A DNA stretch of 64,000 bases from Octopus vulgaris. Its lineage: Eukaryota. The notes below the pieces were generated by a model. It did no database searches. It saw nothing but the letters and a program-made list of their open reading frames with translations, and was not told the origin of the DNA. The stretch covers positions 21,824,001-21,888,000 of the forward strand of contig OX597817.1 of NCBI GenBank assembly GCA_951406725.2, in the 5' to 3' direction. Shown piece by piece: positions 12,857 through 26,997 of the stretch (positions within the stretch are counted from its first letter, which is position 1; each line of letters begins with the position of its first letter). The position numbers were made by a program, and so were the translations under genes.

Positions 12857-14549
12857 CCCTGTATATTTACTTGGGTGTCTCCCTTCCTCTCTGCCAGTCT
12901 CCCCATTGCGCTCTCTATTATTCGATACTTTCTTTTCTTTTTTTTCATGTGTATTCATTAATTGTCATGCGTTTTCTTCTTACTCCTTCCTTTCTTTCTT
13001 TTCTCTTTCCCGACCATTTTTCTGTCTCACTTTGTGTCTTCGATTTTTGTTTTCTTTCCGTCTTGCATCAGCTCTGACAGTTTATTTCTTTCTTAATATT
13101 TTCTCCCTTTCACACAACCACTCTATCTTCCTTTCTCACCTCATCCGCGCACACTTTCTTACCGTTCTGAAATGAGATAAAACAAGAAATATAGCACTTT
13201 AGTTGTCAATGGTTGCTTTGACCTTAAGCAAGAGATTTAATTGTCAGGAGGATTTTTATGAAGTTCTCTTCAGGTACTTAGTTTGTTCTTTTGCCTTTGT
13301 AATTTCTGTATTTTTTTCCTTTCTTCTTGACATTATTTGTTCTTTTATGGTTATATTTTTCTCTATTCAATATTCAAGACTTGTAGAGGCAAGAGAACTG
13401 AAGTGAGGTAGCCATTTTTGAATAAAATTGATAGTCATATACAGTTGTACAGTTTTGAATTTGTTCATATATATGTGTCTACTGAAAATAGGCAAGACAC
13501 ATTTTATGTGTGTGTTTGTGAAGTGGATGTACAGTTATTTTCTATCCAGTGCAATGTACGCTGAGAGAAGATAAAATCGAGAAACATACAAATATTTCAA
13601 CAAGGTCCTTAAAGAATTAAGTATTTAAGAAATTATAATATAAATAATTTATATTTCCTCTCATATTTATGAAATTTGAATCGTAACTTTTTTCTCCCAG
13701 CTGAGAATACCCTCCCCCCTCCCCCAGTTGAAAATAAGAAGCAGAAAACAAATATATAGTATATAGAATAACAAAATACAAAATTAAGAAGTATGATTTT
13801 TTTTTTATTTATTAAAACTAAATATTGAATATATGAACGTTTGAAGAAGCATTTTCTTTTTCTTTCTTTTTTTTTGTAAATTGTGTTTTATTGCTATCAT
13901 ATCAACCAAAATAACCGGGAACATTTCCGAAAACAAAACTAGTTGTCTTTATTTATTTGTTTATTTTTTTTTACTGTTACTCTCATCTAATTTGGTAGCG
14001 TTATGTTCAGAAGTGCTCTCAGAAGAATTCTAATACCACAAATTCTCCTTTAAACGGAAAATGATTCTTTTACCAAAAATTGTCACTTTTGCCAGTAAAG
14101 GAAATACTGAGATAAGTAACTAACACAAACCAAATAGTACATTTTATTGTTTAAAACATATATTACACCAAAGATTAATTATACATCTTGGGATAAATAT
14201 TTCAGTCAAACTGGATGTTTAGCTACTGGACCAGTTAAAATTCTCTTTGCTGCTCTGCGTAAGTTATATGCATCATGATAGTCACTCCCTTCGCAGAGAG
14301 CAGTCGCAATCAGCCATCATGTTTGTGTACCACCTGCCTTTACTCCTTGACTCCATGCTCTCTATGTCTTAGTGGAATCGTTCACCTTGCTCATTACTTA
14401 TAGGAACATGATATTCAAGGGTGTAGGCTATGTGGTTGTGCAACAAATAAACTTTTAACTCATGTTGCAGTTAACCTTATTGCTGAAATGCAAAAACCTA
14501 TATTCAAGCCAATTGTCACTTGGGAGAAGCATTTTTAGAACTGCCAACA

Positions 14550-14956
14550 GGTGCAGAGGTAGCTGTGTTGTAAAAGGTTTGTTTCCTCACTAAATGATTA
14601 CAGGTTCAGTCTCACTGAGTGACTCCTTGGGCAAGTGTATTTTACTATATCCGATTAAAGCCTTATGAGTGGATTTGGCGGACGGAAACTGAAAGAAGCC
14701 AGTCGTATACGTGTGTGTGCGTATGTGTGTGTGTATTTGTGTGTATGTGTGTGTCTTTGTGTCTGTGCTTGTCTCACCATCATTGCTTGACGACCGATGC
14801 TGGTGTGTTAACTTAGCGATTCTGCTAAAGAGATCGATAGAATAAAAAATAGGCTTACAAAGAATAGGTCCTAGGGTCGGTTTGTTCGACTGCAAACCTT
14901 TAAGGCGGTGCTCCAGCTTGGCTGATGTCAAATGACTAAAACAAGTAAATGAGTAA
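14550..14956 (+). mobile_element. tRNA-derived SINE with CORE-like segment and internal (TG)n
   Basis: Head GCTGTGTTGTAA..GGTTCAGTC, CORE-like CCTTGGGCAAGTG, then GAGTGGATTTGG..GACGGAAACTGAAAGAAGCC and tail GGCGGTGCTCCAGC..AAATGACT..AACAAGTAAA. Homologous copy at 25047-25404 (-). Confidence 0.85.
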
Positions 14957-15824
14957 TTATAAATAAATAAATAAACAAATGGAGATTTGTGCTGGAAAAG
15001 TTCTGTAAAGTTCATGCATACCATGTTGTTCTTCTACAGTACTTTGACCATGCTTCACAAAATGTGACCTTGATCCATGTCACGTAACAATTAAAACAAT
15101 CAGTGGGCACTCAAAATACAAATTTTCATGAGAAATAATTAAAGGCTGAACCTGATTTGCAATGATAGTCACCTTCAATGAAACAAAGCGTGGGCGTATC
15201 TGCAGACATATTACACAAATATGAGACCACTGAAATATGTTGTTTAATAACATCTAATTCTGTGAAAGAAATTTCTCTCATCATCAGATTTAGAACTACT
15301 TAGATTGAAGATTGCGAAAGTTCCTTAACTTCAATGTTTTTTTCTTTACTGAACATACTTAAATCGTCACCTTTCTTTTCACTTTTATAGCTGCATTTAA
15401 CTTTACTGCTTTCCAAGATATGTCAAGTTCCATACATGGGTCTGCATATGATTTAGCCCAATCTAAGCTTATATTTAATCTTGCATGTACATCACCGTCG
15501 AACATCATCGTTTAGATTTTAAATGATTTACATAAGGTCATAGACTGGTGATTCCATTCGTCTCTGGTTTGATTCAGGAATATCTTGCTGATAACGGCGA
15601 TTTTGTTTGTATGCAGCACTCCTGAATGGGATCAACGACGAGCTATCTCACCTATGGCTTACACGTGTTTTAACACTCGGCGTATAAGAGAGTCATCTCT
15701 AAGTGCTTTGCCACAGAGAATAGTGCGAACAAACAAAGCATATACATTGAGCATGAGCGTTTGATAATGTATATATACATATATGTGTATATGTGTATGC
15801 GCACGCGCGCGCGTGTGTGTGTGT

Positions 15825-16121
15825 GGTGGCACATTGCCTAGTGGCTAACGAAGCAGACTCACGGTCCAGGGATCGTGGATTCGAATCTCAGACCGAGCAA
15901 TGTGTGTGTTTATGAGCGAAACACCTAAGCTCCACGCGGCTCCGGCAGAGGTGATGGCGAACTTCTGCTGACTCTTTCGCCACAACTTTCTCTCACTCTT
16001 TCCTCCTGCATCTTGCAGCTCACCTGTGACGGACCGTCGTCCCGTCCAGGTGGGGAATCTATACGCCAAGGATACCGGGAAACCCGCCCTAAAGTGCCAG
16101 GCGTGACTCGAGAAGGAACAA
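15825..16121 (+). mobile_element. tRNA-derived SINE (body A + tail Y)
   Basis: The 5' ~180 nt align with the 4255-4644 SINE (GAGCGAAACACCTAAGCTCCAC..GCTCCGGCAG..CACAACTTTCTCTCACTCTT). The 3' part (CGTCCCGTCCAG.TGGGGAA..TACGCCA..ACCGGGAAACC) aligns with the 50540-50779 SINE. Confidence 0.88.
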
Positions 16122-16964
16122 TATATATATATATATATTTCTGTGTGAGTTAGAGGTTGGGAAACCAACGAAGGTACAGTTCCTGTCCAATATACTGCTG
16201 GTAGTGCACCCAATAATTCATACCCAAGTGCTAGTCATAGTGTGGCAAGCTCGCAATTGAATGTTATATACGGGCGGGGGTAAAAAGTGGTCTACACTTA
16301 ATTAATACGGCAAATAAGAAAATGGAGAGGATGCAAAAACGACATACATCAGTCAGAAGACATTCTAGTATTTCTATTTATACCAATGTATTAGAATGTA
16401 TTAGAAGAATACATACACATGTATTAACCATGTATTACATACACATATACTAATATTACAGAAAAAAAGCAAAATATCAGATTATCAGGAGGTGATAGTT
16501 CTTTGCGGCCGTTTCAGCCAAAAGGCAACGAAATCCTCCATGTCATCTCCATCTCTTCAATGTTCTGTTGGGATGGGCAGATAAATTGCTTTATTATACG
16601 CAATTGTAGGACATTTTAATGCGTAGTTAAGTTAAAGTAACTAATAAATTCTATAAAAACGAAGCCAGCTGAGGTTTAGCACCAGAGTAAGAGATTACAA
16701 TGTAGGATTATAGCATACAACACATACCACTTCTAGCGTTAAACAATTTTATTTCCTTATCATTCTCTTGGGAACTTGTGGCCCCCATCATGTTAAATGT
16801 GGGGTTTGTTTCGGTTTATATGAATTATTTTGAACTTCTTACTTTTTTTTTTTTTTTCGGAATATCTGATATGTTCTTAAATGCTTGAAATTCCCCCAAG
16901 AGTCGCTTTGGAATGCCTAAAACAAATAGTAAAAATGTAGAGAAGTGCGTATACAGATATGATT

Positions 16965-17003
16965 AAATATACACACATATAAACACACACACAGAGACAC
17001 ATA

Positions 17004-17060
<57 letters not shown>

Positions 17061-17560
17061 ACAAACATACATACGTACGTATATATATATATATATACAT
17101 ATACATACATATATAAATATATATATGCACATATACATATAAAAAAATATATACATATACCCGTGATGCGTAAATAGGTGTATATATATGTCAGTGTGTG
17201 TGTGTATACACATATATATATATATATAGATAGATAGATGACTAGATAGATAGATAGATTAGATTAGATAGATAAATAGATAGATAGACAGATAGATAAA
17301 GCATTTGCCTTTGAAAATTCATATGCAAATATGTACGTATATATATATACACACACATATATATATATATACATACATAAACACATCTCTATACAAATGT
17401 ATATGTATGTATGTTCATATATATATATGTGTGTATGTGTATGTGTGTGTATGTGTGTGCGTGTATCTATATGTGTATCTATCTATCTATATATATACAT
17501 ACATATATATATGTATATATATATTTATATATAGGCGTCTGTGCGTAAGTATATGCAACG

Positions 17561-17615
<55 letters not shown>

Positions 17616-17672
17616 TTGCAAGTTCATGCATACATAAAGATACGCGTACACGTGCTCACATACACATATATA
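16965..17672. repeat. Compound (TA)/(TG)/(GATA) microsatellite region
   Basis: Directly visible. Confidence 0.9.
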
Positions 17673-18365
17673 GATGCATAATAAGAGAGTGAAACAGCTA
17701 CACAGTTAAAAAAAAAAAGCCACTCCGACTGAATTGTAACGAGATCAAAGTAACTTTGCTAACGAGTCACATACACATAAGGAACAGATCATTATTTAAA
17801 TTGGACATAGATCAGAATAACAAGTTCCCTAATTACTGCTAGATACTTCTGATTTCAATCATTATGGGTTTGTGTGTGTGTGCGAGACAGTCGGTGTGTG
17901 CTTATTTTTACGTGTGTGCGTGCGACTATGTGTGCTTATTTCAATGCATTTACATGCTGCTGACGATGACAATTCATCGTGTGACCACTCATCGTATTTG
18001 AAGTAAGTAGAATACTTCACAGTGTTTTGAGCTAGAGTAATATGAAATATGTCTGCGCTAATGGAAGTAGATTGTATATTATCAAGTAGCTATCGCATGC
18101 ATTTCAATGTAGGAAGCGAATTTGTTAGTGGCAGAATGGACTAAGACTATTTACAGGAATTTGACATTTGTAGAATATACAAATGTTGTATACCGAAATC
18201 TCTCAAACATTACAGCCACCACACACTTCTCTGTTATTCGATTTGAACTTAGGACAACTTTAATAAATCACAATTTTGTAAAGCATTGATTACAGCAATG
18301 CGTTAATTTTGTTTTCTTTTTAGGAGATATGTACCCGTAAAATATTTTCATCGTTTATCTCTGCT

Positions 18366-18431
<66 letters not shown>

Positions 18432-18606
18432 TGTGTGTGTGTGTGTGAGTATGTATGCATGTATATATATATAGATATATATGTCTTTGTGTTTGTGTGT
18501 GTGTAGCAGTATCAGGACCAAGCAGTGTCAAGGCAGAACCGAACTTATGGTTAGTTAAAATAGGTTTGTAACCTATTTCAACTTCTAAAGGCAAATTCAC
18601 CGTATT

Positions 18607-18870
18607 TACAATGGAGAAAGTCTTACTACTTATGGTAAAAGGTTTACGAACAACATAACTGCGCCGTGTCGCCTCCTGTCGAATTTCTACAGACAGAGTT
18701 TTTGGCACTTTAGCCGTACCAATGGGAAATATCGAAGACAGGTAACGCTGGGCATATTTAAAGACGTAAATTTTGCTAAATCGCAGACAACAACATTGGC
18801 TGAGTTGCGCTATTCGAGCGCCAGATCCGAAGGAAATCAGTAACATCAACGCCAGGCAGTGTGTAGGCAT
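18607..18870 (+). pseudogene. Possible pogo/Tigger transposase fragment (CENP-B HTH region)
   Basis: Frameshifted reading MEKVLLL...NFAKS..WLS resembles ME..L..W...F.AS.GWL. The similarity is weak and judged by eye. Confidence 0.25.
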
Positions 18871-19128
18871 AAGCGAAATTTAGGTGCGGTAAAATATGTT
18901 TGCGATTTGATTCAGTTTTAAAATATGTGACAAGCATAGCCTATTATACACCACTTTACCAAATATATCTAAATATAACCAATTCTGCACCTCTTTACCA
19001 AGCTACCTGTTTTGTTAATTATGTATCGGACACGTAAACTCTAAATACTATAAATACTTAATTTAAAATTGCAAAAATTTCAGGTGAGCATATTGTAAAC
19101 GAGCACGATTGCGTCACCTGATATGTTA

Positions 19129-19170
19129 CTAGCAAACGATATGTGCCCGTTTCACGGACAAATACCCATT
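19129..19170 (-). mobile_element. Probable Helitron 3' terminus
   Basis: Minus strand reads hairpin GTCCGT-GAA-ACGGGC, then ~12 nt, then CTAG|T (CTAG at 19129-19132). Confidence 0.5.
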
Positions 19171-19917
19171 ATTTCTGACACATCAAGTGGAAAAGAAATG
19201 AGGCTAAGGAATGGAACTTGTATAGCCCTCACAAAACCACACAAGTATACACACACACACAAACGCATATATATTTAAAGGGCAAACGAAACTGTATCGA
19301 GGCGAGTGTTTCTTAAGAGCCTTGTTTAAAACACGTCCATGGTTATGTAGGATAAAAGTTTCCTTCACAACTATTACACAATGGCTTCAGCTTCACTACA
19401 AGGTATCTTTGAATAAGTAGCTTCTACGTTCTTTCTGTATCAATACAAACATTAGGCCTGGAATTTGGTACCGGTAAACCAAATAACCCGTTTCTTTTTT
19501 CTTATACAAATTCTCGTATTAAATTTTGATTGAGATTACGTTAAGGATATAGGTGGTGTCTATGAAAACCTCACCTACTTTGATTAAAATTTACTCATTA
19601 AGGACTAGTTGCAATATTTTAGGGTAGAGCTGGCAGAAAATCATTTCTGAATAACTATTTTAGTTCTTTCTGAAGTAACAGTTGTGTCACTTACAACATA
19701 ATAGCTAAGAAGCTGGTAGTCTAAATACGTATAGCACACAAAGCGTTAGTAGAAAATATTAATCTATGGTGTAACAATCGAAACAGAAATTCTAATGTAG
19801 CGGTGCAGCTGCCGCAGTCTGAGAGGACCTATACAAATGTTGTAAGGAGATACATGACATGATTCTGACTGGAAATTTAAATTCGGTCACATTATCGTTG
19901 AATGATAAACAACTTCT

Positions 19918-20630
<713 letters not shown>

Positions 20631-21339
20631 TACGTAATGTCTGCTAAAATATGAGAAGCGGAGTAAACAACTTGTCTCTTCACACCTTATATTGCTGTGT
20701 ATCTTTTTTATGCAATTCTTTTTATTTTATTTCTCGTTTACACTCTTCCTTTTCCTTTTTATTTTGCTACAACCTGGAAACAACCTCTACTACATGAATA
20801 TGTGTGTCGTAATGACAGAAATACCAAATCTCCATTGTACAAGACTTTCCTATGGAATTTATCGGACTTTGGCAGCTGCTTTGCTACACTGGAATTGTTG
20901 CTTCAATTGTTATATTTATATGTTCTACCGTTCCTGATAGTTTTCCTCTCCCGCTTCTGATGTTTCTGCGTGTAGGGGATACACATTTCATCTTTTCTTT
21001 TTTGTGATGCGGATATTCATTGTAAATATGTTTTTCTATTATTGTAATTATACTCCTTTTGTGTTATTCCGTTATATTGCAATTCTTTACTTCATCTTCC
21101 TTAGCAGATTTCATAAACAGAACCGTTAAAATGCCTTTTTGAAAGAACAGTGAGTTCGATATTTTACAGTTATTGTTCACAATGCTGGTCATGTCTCTCT
21201 TACTATAAGAGGGACTTGTTTTGTGGGGATAAGCTTGTATTAGTGAGTTCAACAATGTCCTTTATTTCAATACTTGATTTTAGACAATAACTATTCAAGC
21301 TTTCGATTATGTGTGTTTTATTCATCGATAAATCTAAAG

Positions 21340-21530
21340 TGCCAAACTGGCACAATAGCGCATCGAACGAAGTCAGAAGCTTAATGTCGTCTGTTTTTGC
21401 GTTCTCAGTTCAAATTCCACCGTGGCTGATTTGATATTCGATGAAATAAGTAACTGTTGAAGACTGGAATCGATGTACTCGTATATATGGTTCTCAAAAT
21501 GTTTCAGACCTTGTGCCTATAGCAGAGAGC
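21340..21530 (+). mobile_element. Degraded Meta-type SINE
   Basis: cgttctcagttcaaattccaccgtggctga...tcgatgaaataagta...actggaatcgatgta matches the 1105 family. Confidence 0.6.
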
Positions 21531-22038
21531 ATTATTTTCATATAAAATATTTGTGTATATATTTAGTAAAAATTGATACCCTCACATCGCACACTAACAA
21601 GATTAAAATGTTGTCTAACGGCTTATTGGACAAATGGCAGATATATTTCTCTCTCTCTCTGTATGTGTGTGTGTGTGTGCGCGTGCGTGTGTGTGTGTGT
21701 GTGTGTGCGTGTGTGTGTGTGAAATGTTGGAGATAGCAAAACATTTCTCCAAGATTTTATATTTGATAAGAGAAACCTTTTCCGAAATATTATAGAATCA
21801 TTTATGCAATCTATGTCCAGCAATACAACATGTTTTATTTCTCTTTCATTTCCATGTATCACTATAAAATTTTGACTCAGTTGCATTATTCAAATGTTTG
21901 TACAACATTTTTAAATGGCAGTGCTTCCACAAAATTACAATACTCCTTTATATACATATACGTATGCATACATACACACAAACACAGACACAGAGACAGA
22001 CACACACACATATACATATATATATATATATATATATA

Positions 22039-22088
<50 letters not shown>

Positions 22089-22315
22089 TGTTTGTGTATG
22101 TGTGTGTGGTCATACATAAATAGACGCTTGAGTAATTATTATTATCTTTTCAGCATGAAATATATGTAGACTAATTTTGCATAGCGTTTTCAGTTCAGTT
22201 GTTCTGCTATCTATAAGTACGAAAATACTCATATATTCTTAAATATGTGTGCTATGAGCTCAAGCGAGAATAAATAAGCCTCCCCTATGCGTATATAAAT
22301 ATATACGTAACAAAG

Positions 22316-24596
22316 TTAACCCTTTTAACACACTTGATGTAATTTTACGCACACAATGTACATGCTTTAAATCGGTCGATGTAATTATAAGCCGACTGAC
22401 TTAGAACCTGTCACCTGAGATAGTACCAGTCCACATGCCAACTGATAGGCCGATTAGATGTTTCATGTAAATATTTACAACTCGATAGGCTTGTTATAAG
22501 TTTCATGTAAATATTTACAGCCAGGATGTAGGCTTTATTCCTATATGAATAGTAGTTTTGGTGATTATACCACATTAGTAATATGGCTTCCATTCAACTC
22601 AAAACCAATTTATGTTCATCTCGTGCTGCCAGTACCCGCATGTATTCAGTTGTAGCTGAATGTTCTGGTCCTGCACGTAATTTATAGTCGCGTCTCACCA
22701 CACTCATTTCGTCATTAGGTCCCAATACACCGGCTTCGTCGCGTTCTTCATCACGTCGTGCCATTCGTGCATCCTCACGTTGTACTACTCCATTTCCGTC
22801 AGCATTGTCGTCGAGTCCTGTTTCGACGAATGTACGGTCGACGCGTCCTACCACTCCGGCTCTGTCAACTTCGTCGTAACCTCTTACCTAATCCGGCTCC
22901 GTGGAATTCGTCGTCACATCCTAACACTCCGGGTCCGTCAATTTTGTCATCGCGTCCTATCACTCTGGATCCGTCGCTGCGTCCTACCATTACAGCCCCT
23001 CAACTTCGTCGACGCGCTCTGTTTCGTCGAATTTACGGTCATCGTGCTGAGCTACACCAAGCTGCACCACCTCACCAGTTGCATCTTCAGATTCGGACGA
23101 TGACTCAGAACGAGTAGTTTCCTAGTTCAGAATCACATGCTTATGATAGAGATGATGATATTCCGGTAAATCAAAGGTGCAGGAGGGTAACAGTGAATAG
23201 CTCTGGACTGAGCGAAACAATTTCGTCCGACAGCATGGGTTTACTGATAAGGCCTGGCATAAAGGCAAACCTTGGCCATGGAAGTTCGCGATTAGAAATC
23301 TTCCATGAAAATACTACAATTCTCCAATTTATAGTGGAAGAAACGAATGTTTATGCTGAAAACCATCCCCAGTATGTCAGAGCCAGGAGACGAAATCAAA
23401 GTTCTGCTTGCCCTGCTGATACGAAGTGACTGAAAATTTCAGAATGGTGTATGCCCCCACACATGACATTTGTACGGCGCGAGTTTGTGGAAATTGAAGG
23501 AAGGCTCTGATTCAAACAAAACAACCTGACTAAACGTACTCGCTTTGGAGTCAAGATTTATAAATTATGCCAGTTAACTTGCAAAGCTTATAAGTACACG
23601 TGGAAATACAAAATCTACACTGGTTAGGAGACATTGGGTCTTCCAGCGTCTACTCTAGCGTCAGCTGATGTCATCGTGTTTGCTGAAGGAAAACATGTTT
23701 GACAAAGGCTACAATATTTATATAGACAACTGGTTTTCTAGGTCGGACCTCTTCCTGCAGCAGCAGGCGAAGAGAGGACTGTAAGAATGCACAGAAAAAA
23801 CATGCCACCCAATCTTTACAAGATAACACTTCGAAAGAGGAAAACAGCTTACTGATGCACCAATAGTGGCATCCTCGCTCTAGTGTGGTGTTATAAGAAA
23901 AGCGTCTGCATGTTATCCACAATGCATTCTGCAAGCATGAAGGAGACAAGGAAACACGATGCGAACGGTAATGCCACAATGAAATCGAGTGTAGTTGTTT
24001 CATACAACGAAGAGATGGGCAAGGTCGATCGCTGAGATCAGTTGGCGACGAAACACAAATGAACGAGTAAATTTGTGAAATGGCACAAATTTTTTTTCTT
24101 GTAAAAAGTTGACATATGTGTCATGAACTCACAATTGATTTGGCTGATGCTTGGTGATGTTCGGGAGGGATTGCCATTCTGGGATCTGTTATTCCGTGAA
24201 ATGATAGAAGTATAAGATCTGCCAAAGTACAGTGCACGTGAACCTCTCCATGCCGAACTCTCTCCTCGTCGCATGATGAAGGAACGTGGACTGTTTCCCA
24301 CTACCGCCGTGAAGACAAATGCTTCAAAGAGACGCGTAGTATGTAAAGCAAAAGGGAAATGTAAGTGATATACCACTGTGTGTGGTACCCTATTTTGAAC
24401 TCTACTACACTAAAGTCAATTTTTGAATACACGTGATTGTAAATACACGAAGTTGATCTAAATTGTGCTGTCGAGTGATCTTATTTAGGAATAATACCGC
24501 ATGAGCGTCCTCAAGAGTGATATAATTTAAATAAATAAACAGTACTTGCACTAAAGTGCTTGACGTAAATATACGCCCAACGTTATATCGTGTTAA
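22316..24596 (+). mobile_element. Decayed piggyBac DNA transposon
   Basis: Left end TTAA|CCCTTTT (22316). Right TTAA at 24593-24596, with a degenerate inverted match of gta(a/t)(t/a)tttacg 18-19 nt inside each end. Contains transposase remnants. Confidence 0.8.
22583..24420 (+). pseudogene. piggyBac transposase pseudogene (stops, frameshifts, internal deletion)
   Basis: Motifs appear in the expected order: FIVEETNVYA, ESLWKLKGRL*FKQ..RTRFGVKIYKLC, IYTG, GYNIYIDNWFS, KKSVCMLSTMH, YNEEMGKVDR*DQL, VKWHKFFF, then a Cys-rich tail VCKAKGK..CVVPYFELYYT. Confidence 0.9.
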
Positions 24597-25046
24597 GCGA
24601 TGACCTCAATCGCGATTACCGTTGCTGCAAGCAGGCAAACGAATGAATCACTGCTGTAAACTGTTTAAAACTGTATTATATTGGTTTATATTCCTACACA
24701 ATCGGATTTATTTAAACGTAATTTCAACACCAAGTTTCTCTCTACATACACTATGAGATCAGTTATAATGTTCGTATATTAAATTTCAATAGTGCTGGTG
24801 AGGCAGTTTTTGATTGTTCAGTTGATTTTGTAAAATGAGGAGGCAGTCAAATATTTCTCTCAAATCATTAGTTACCGTCTCAAAATGCGAAGAAAATTTG
24901 TATAATTCTACATTCGTTTTGTAAAGATAGAATGGAAAATGATTACCACAGAAAAGTATCTTTAGTCATACGTTTTCTTGATAAAGATTGATCAAAATCT
25001 TAACACGATGCGAAGTGAAGACTTATTTGAATTTGCGTCTAGTGAT

Positions 25047-25404
25047 ACTTTTATTCTTTTATTATTTTACTTGCTTCAGTGATTTGATTGCCGTCATGCT
25101 GGAGCACCGCCTTTAGTCGAGCAAATCGACGTCAGGACTCATTTTCTCAGTTACAGGACTCATTCTCTAAGTTACGGGGCGGAAACACAACAGCATCGGT
25201 GTGTCAAGCGATGGTGGAGGGACAAACACACACATATACACGATGGACTTCTTCCTGTTTCCCTCTACCAAATCCACTCACAAGGTTTTGGTCGGCCCGA
25301 GGCTATAGTAGAAGACACCTGCCTAAGGTGCCATGTAGTGGGACTGAACCAGGAAGCATGTGGTTGAGAAGCAGGCTTCTTACCACACAGTCACTCCTGC
25401 GCCT
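25047..25404 (-). mobile_element. tRNA-derived SINE, same family as 14550-14956
   Basis: Minus strand begins AGGCGCAGGAGTGACTGTGTGGTAAGAAGC...GGTTCAGTCCCACTACATGGCACCTTAGGCAGGTGTCTTCTACTATAGCC and has the shared tail GGCGGTGCTCCAGCATG. Confidence 0.88.
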
Positions 25405-26190
25405 ATATATGATAAATACGAAAATACACTTCCACTTCCATGATCATCGCTTCTAAGAGGAAAACTTTTGCATTTATATTTACCAACAACTATAACACCA
25501 ATGTGATCTAAAAATGAATCGTGATACATATTTTAATTATCTCCGTGTTAATTTGTTTCTATATTCATCTACATAGTTTCATACGACGAGAGAAAGTAAA
25601 GAAGGAAAAGGAAAGTGAATATATCTCAATTGCAAACAATACCATCACGTAATATATATCCTATTACAATGATATTCTTATGGCTGTAAATATATCACAC
25701 ATCAAGATAACCGAAGCGTAACTTAATAGACAAAGAAGGGAAAATTGAGGTTAAGTGATAATAATCGTATCCAATTTTCCCTCGGAGCCTACAATTCATT
25801 TTAGGAAAATCATAATATATTTGGAATTTGGAATTTAGCAGGGACATTTTAAAAGTGAATCTGTCTTATGTCATTAATAAATCTAGCCTCGGCTTAAATA
25901 TTTATACATTATGTATTTATAACTATAGAATACAAGATATCATGTGTCTTCTTACCTCTATTGAAAATAAACGTATCCACATAAATTATATTTCATTTTC
26001 ATTGGGCGTGGATGAAAATCTATTAATCTATTATAGTAATGCAGCACATGCTCAAATGCATACAAGCATATATGGAATCATAGGCATTCACATGATGTAT
26101 GGTTGTGCACATGTATGAGCATGCGAGTAGGTGTTCGTGTATACACACACACGCGCGCAAACCCGTCACACATACACACATGTATATATG

Positions 26191-26375
26191 TATTGCGTCG
26201 GCGCCTAATTATTTCGGCTTTTTTTTCAACAAATTTTATTCAACAGAAACAATAATAACATGTAACAAAAACATCTTTAAATGATAGTTCCGGAGCATAT
26301 TCACCATCTACTTCAGTTACTGTTTCCGATTTGCATAGCATACGGTCAAACTGTCATTTAAAGATGTTTTTGTTA
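26191..26375 (-). mobile_element. Mariner 3'-terminal fragment
   Basis: TA followed by TIR-like TTGCGTCGGCGCCTAATTATTTCGGCTTTTT. Minus reading FDRMLCKSETVTEVDGEYAPE resembles the mariner C-terminus (..RW..VI..DGEY). Confidence 0.6.
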
Positions 26376-26385
26376 AAAATTGTTC

Positions 26386-26429
26386 AGAGTGGATTCCATA
26401 GACGGTAACTGAATCCCGACGTATATATT

Positions 26430-26464
<35 letters not shown>

Positions 26465-26582
26465 ATCCCCCTCTACTTCAAACCACTCGCTGTCAATGTG
26501 TTTACGTCCCCGTAAGTTAGTGATTCGGTAAAAATATACGACAGAACGAGTCGCAAGCTTAAAAATGAAATAAGTACTGGAG

Positions 26583-26585
<3 letters not shown>
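26386..26585 (+). mobile_element. Internal fragment of the 14550-type SINE
   Basis: gagtggatt..tagacgg.aactgaa, (TG)n, then gtgtttacgtccccgtaa.ttag. Confidence 0.65.
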
Positions 26586-26620
<35 letters not shown>

Positions 26621-26623
26621 AAT

Positions 26624-26698
<75 letters not shown>

Positions 26699-26738
26699 AA
26701 TACATACATATATATATATTTATATGTATGTACTTATG

Positions 26739-26772
<34 letters not shown>

Positions 26773-26901
26773 CATGTATATGTATATATATATATATATA
26801 TATAAGTATATAAATATGTATATATATATTTATACGCATATATATATGTGTCTATATATATACATGTATATACGTATGTGCATATATATATTTATATGTA
26901 C

Positions 26902-26934
<33 letters not shown>

Positions 26935-26997
26935 CACATATACATATATACACGAATATATATAGATCTATATATATATATACGTACATATATATCA
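26586..26997. repeat. (TA)n-rich microsatellite
   Basis: Directly visible. Confidence 0.95.

Noticed and set aside
15255-15295. Minus-strand CTGATGA followed by a hairpin, a possible fifth hammerhead
   Set aside because: No GAAA follows the stem and there is no proper NUH/stem I.
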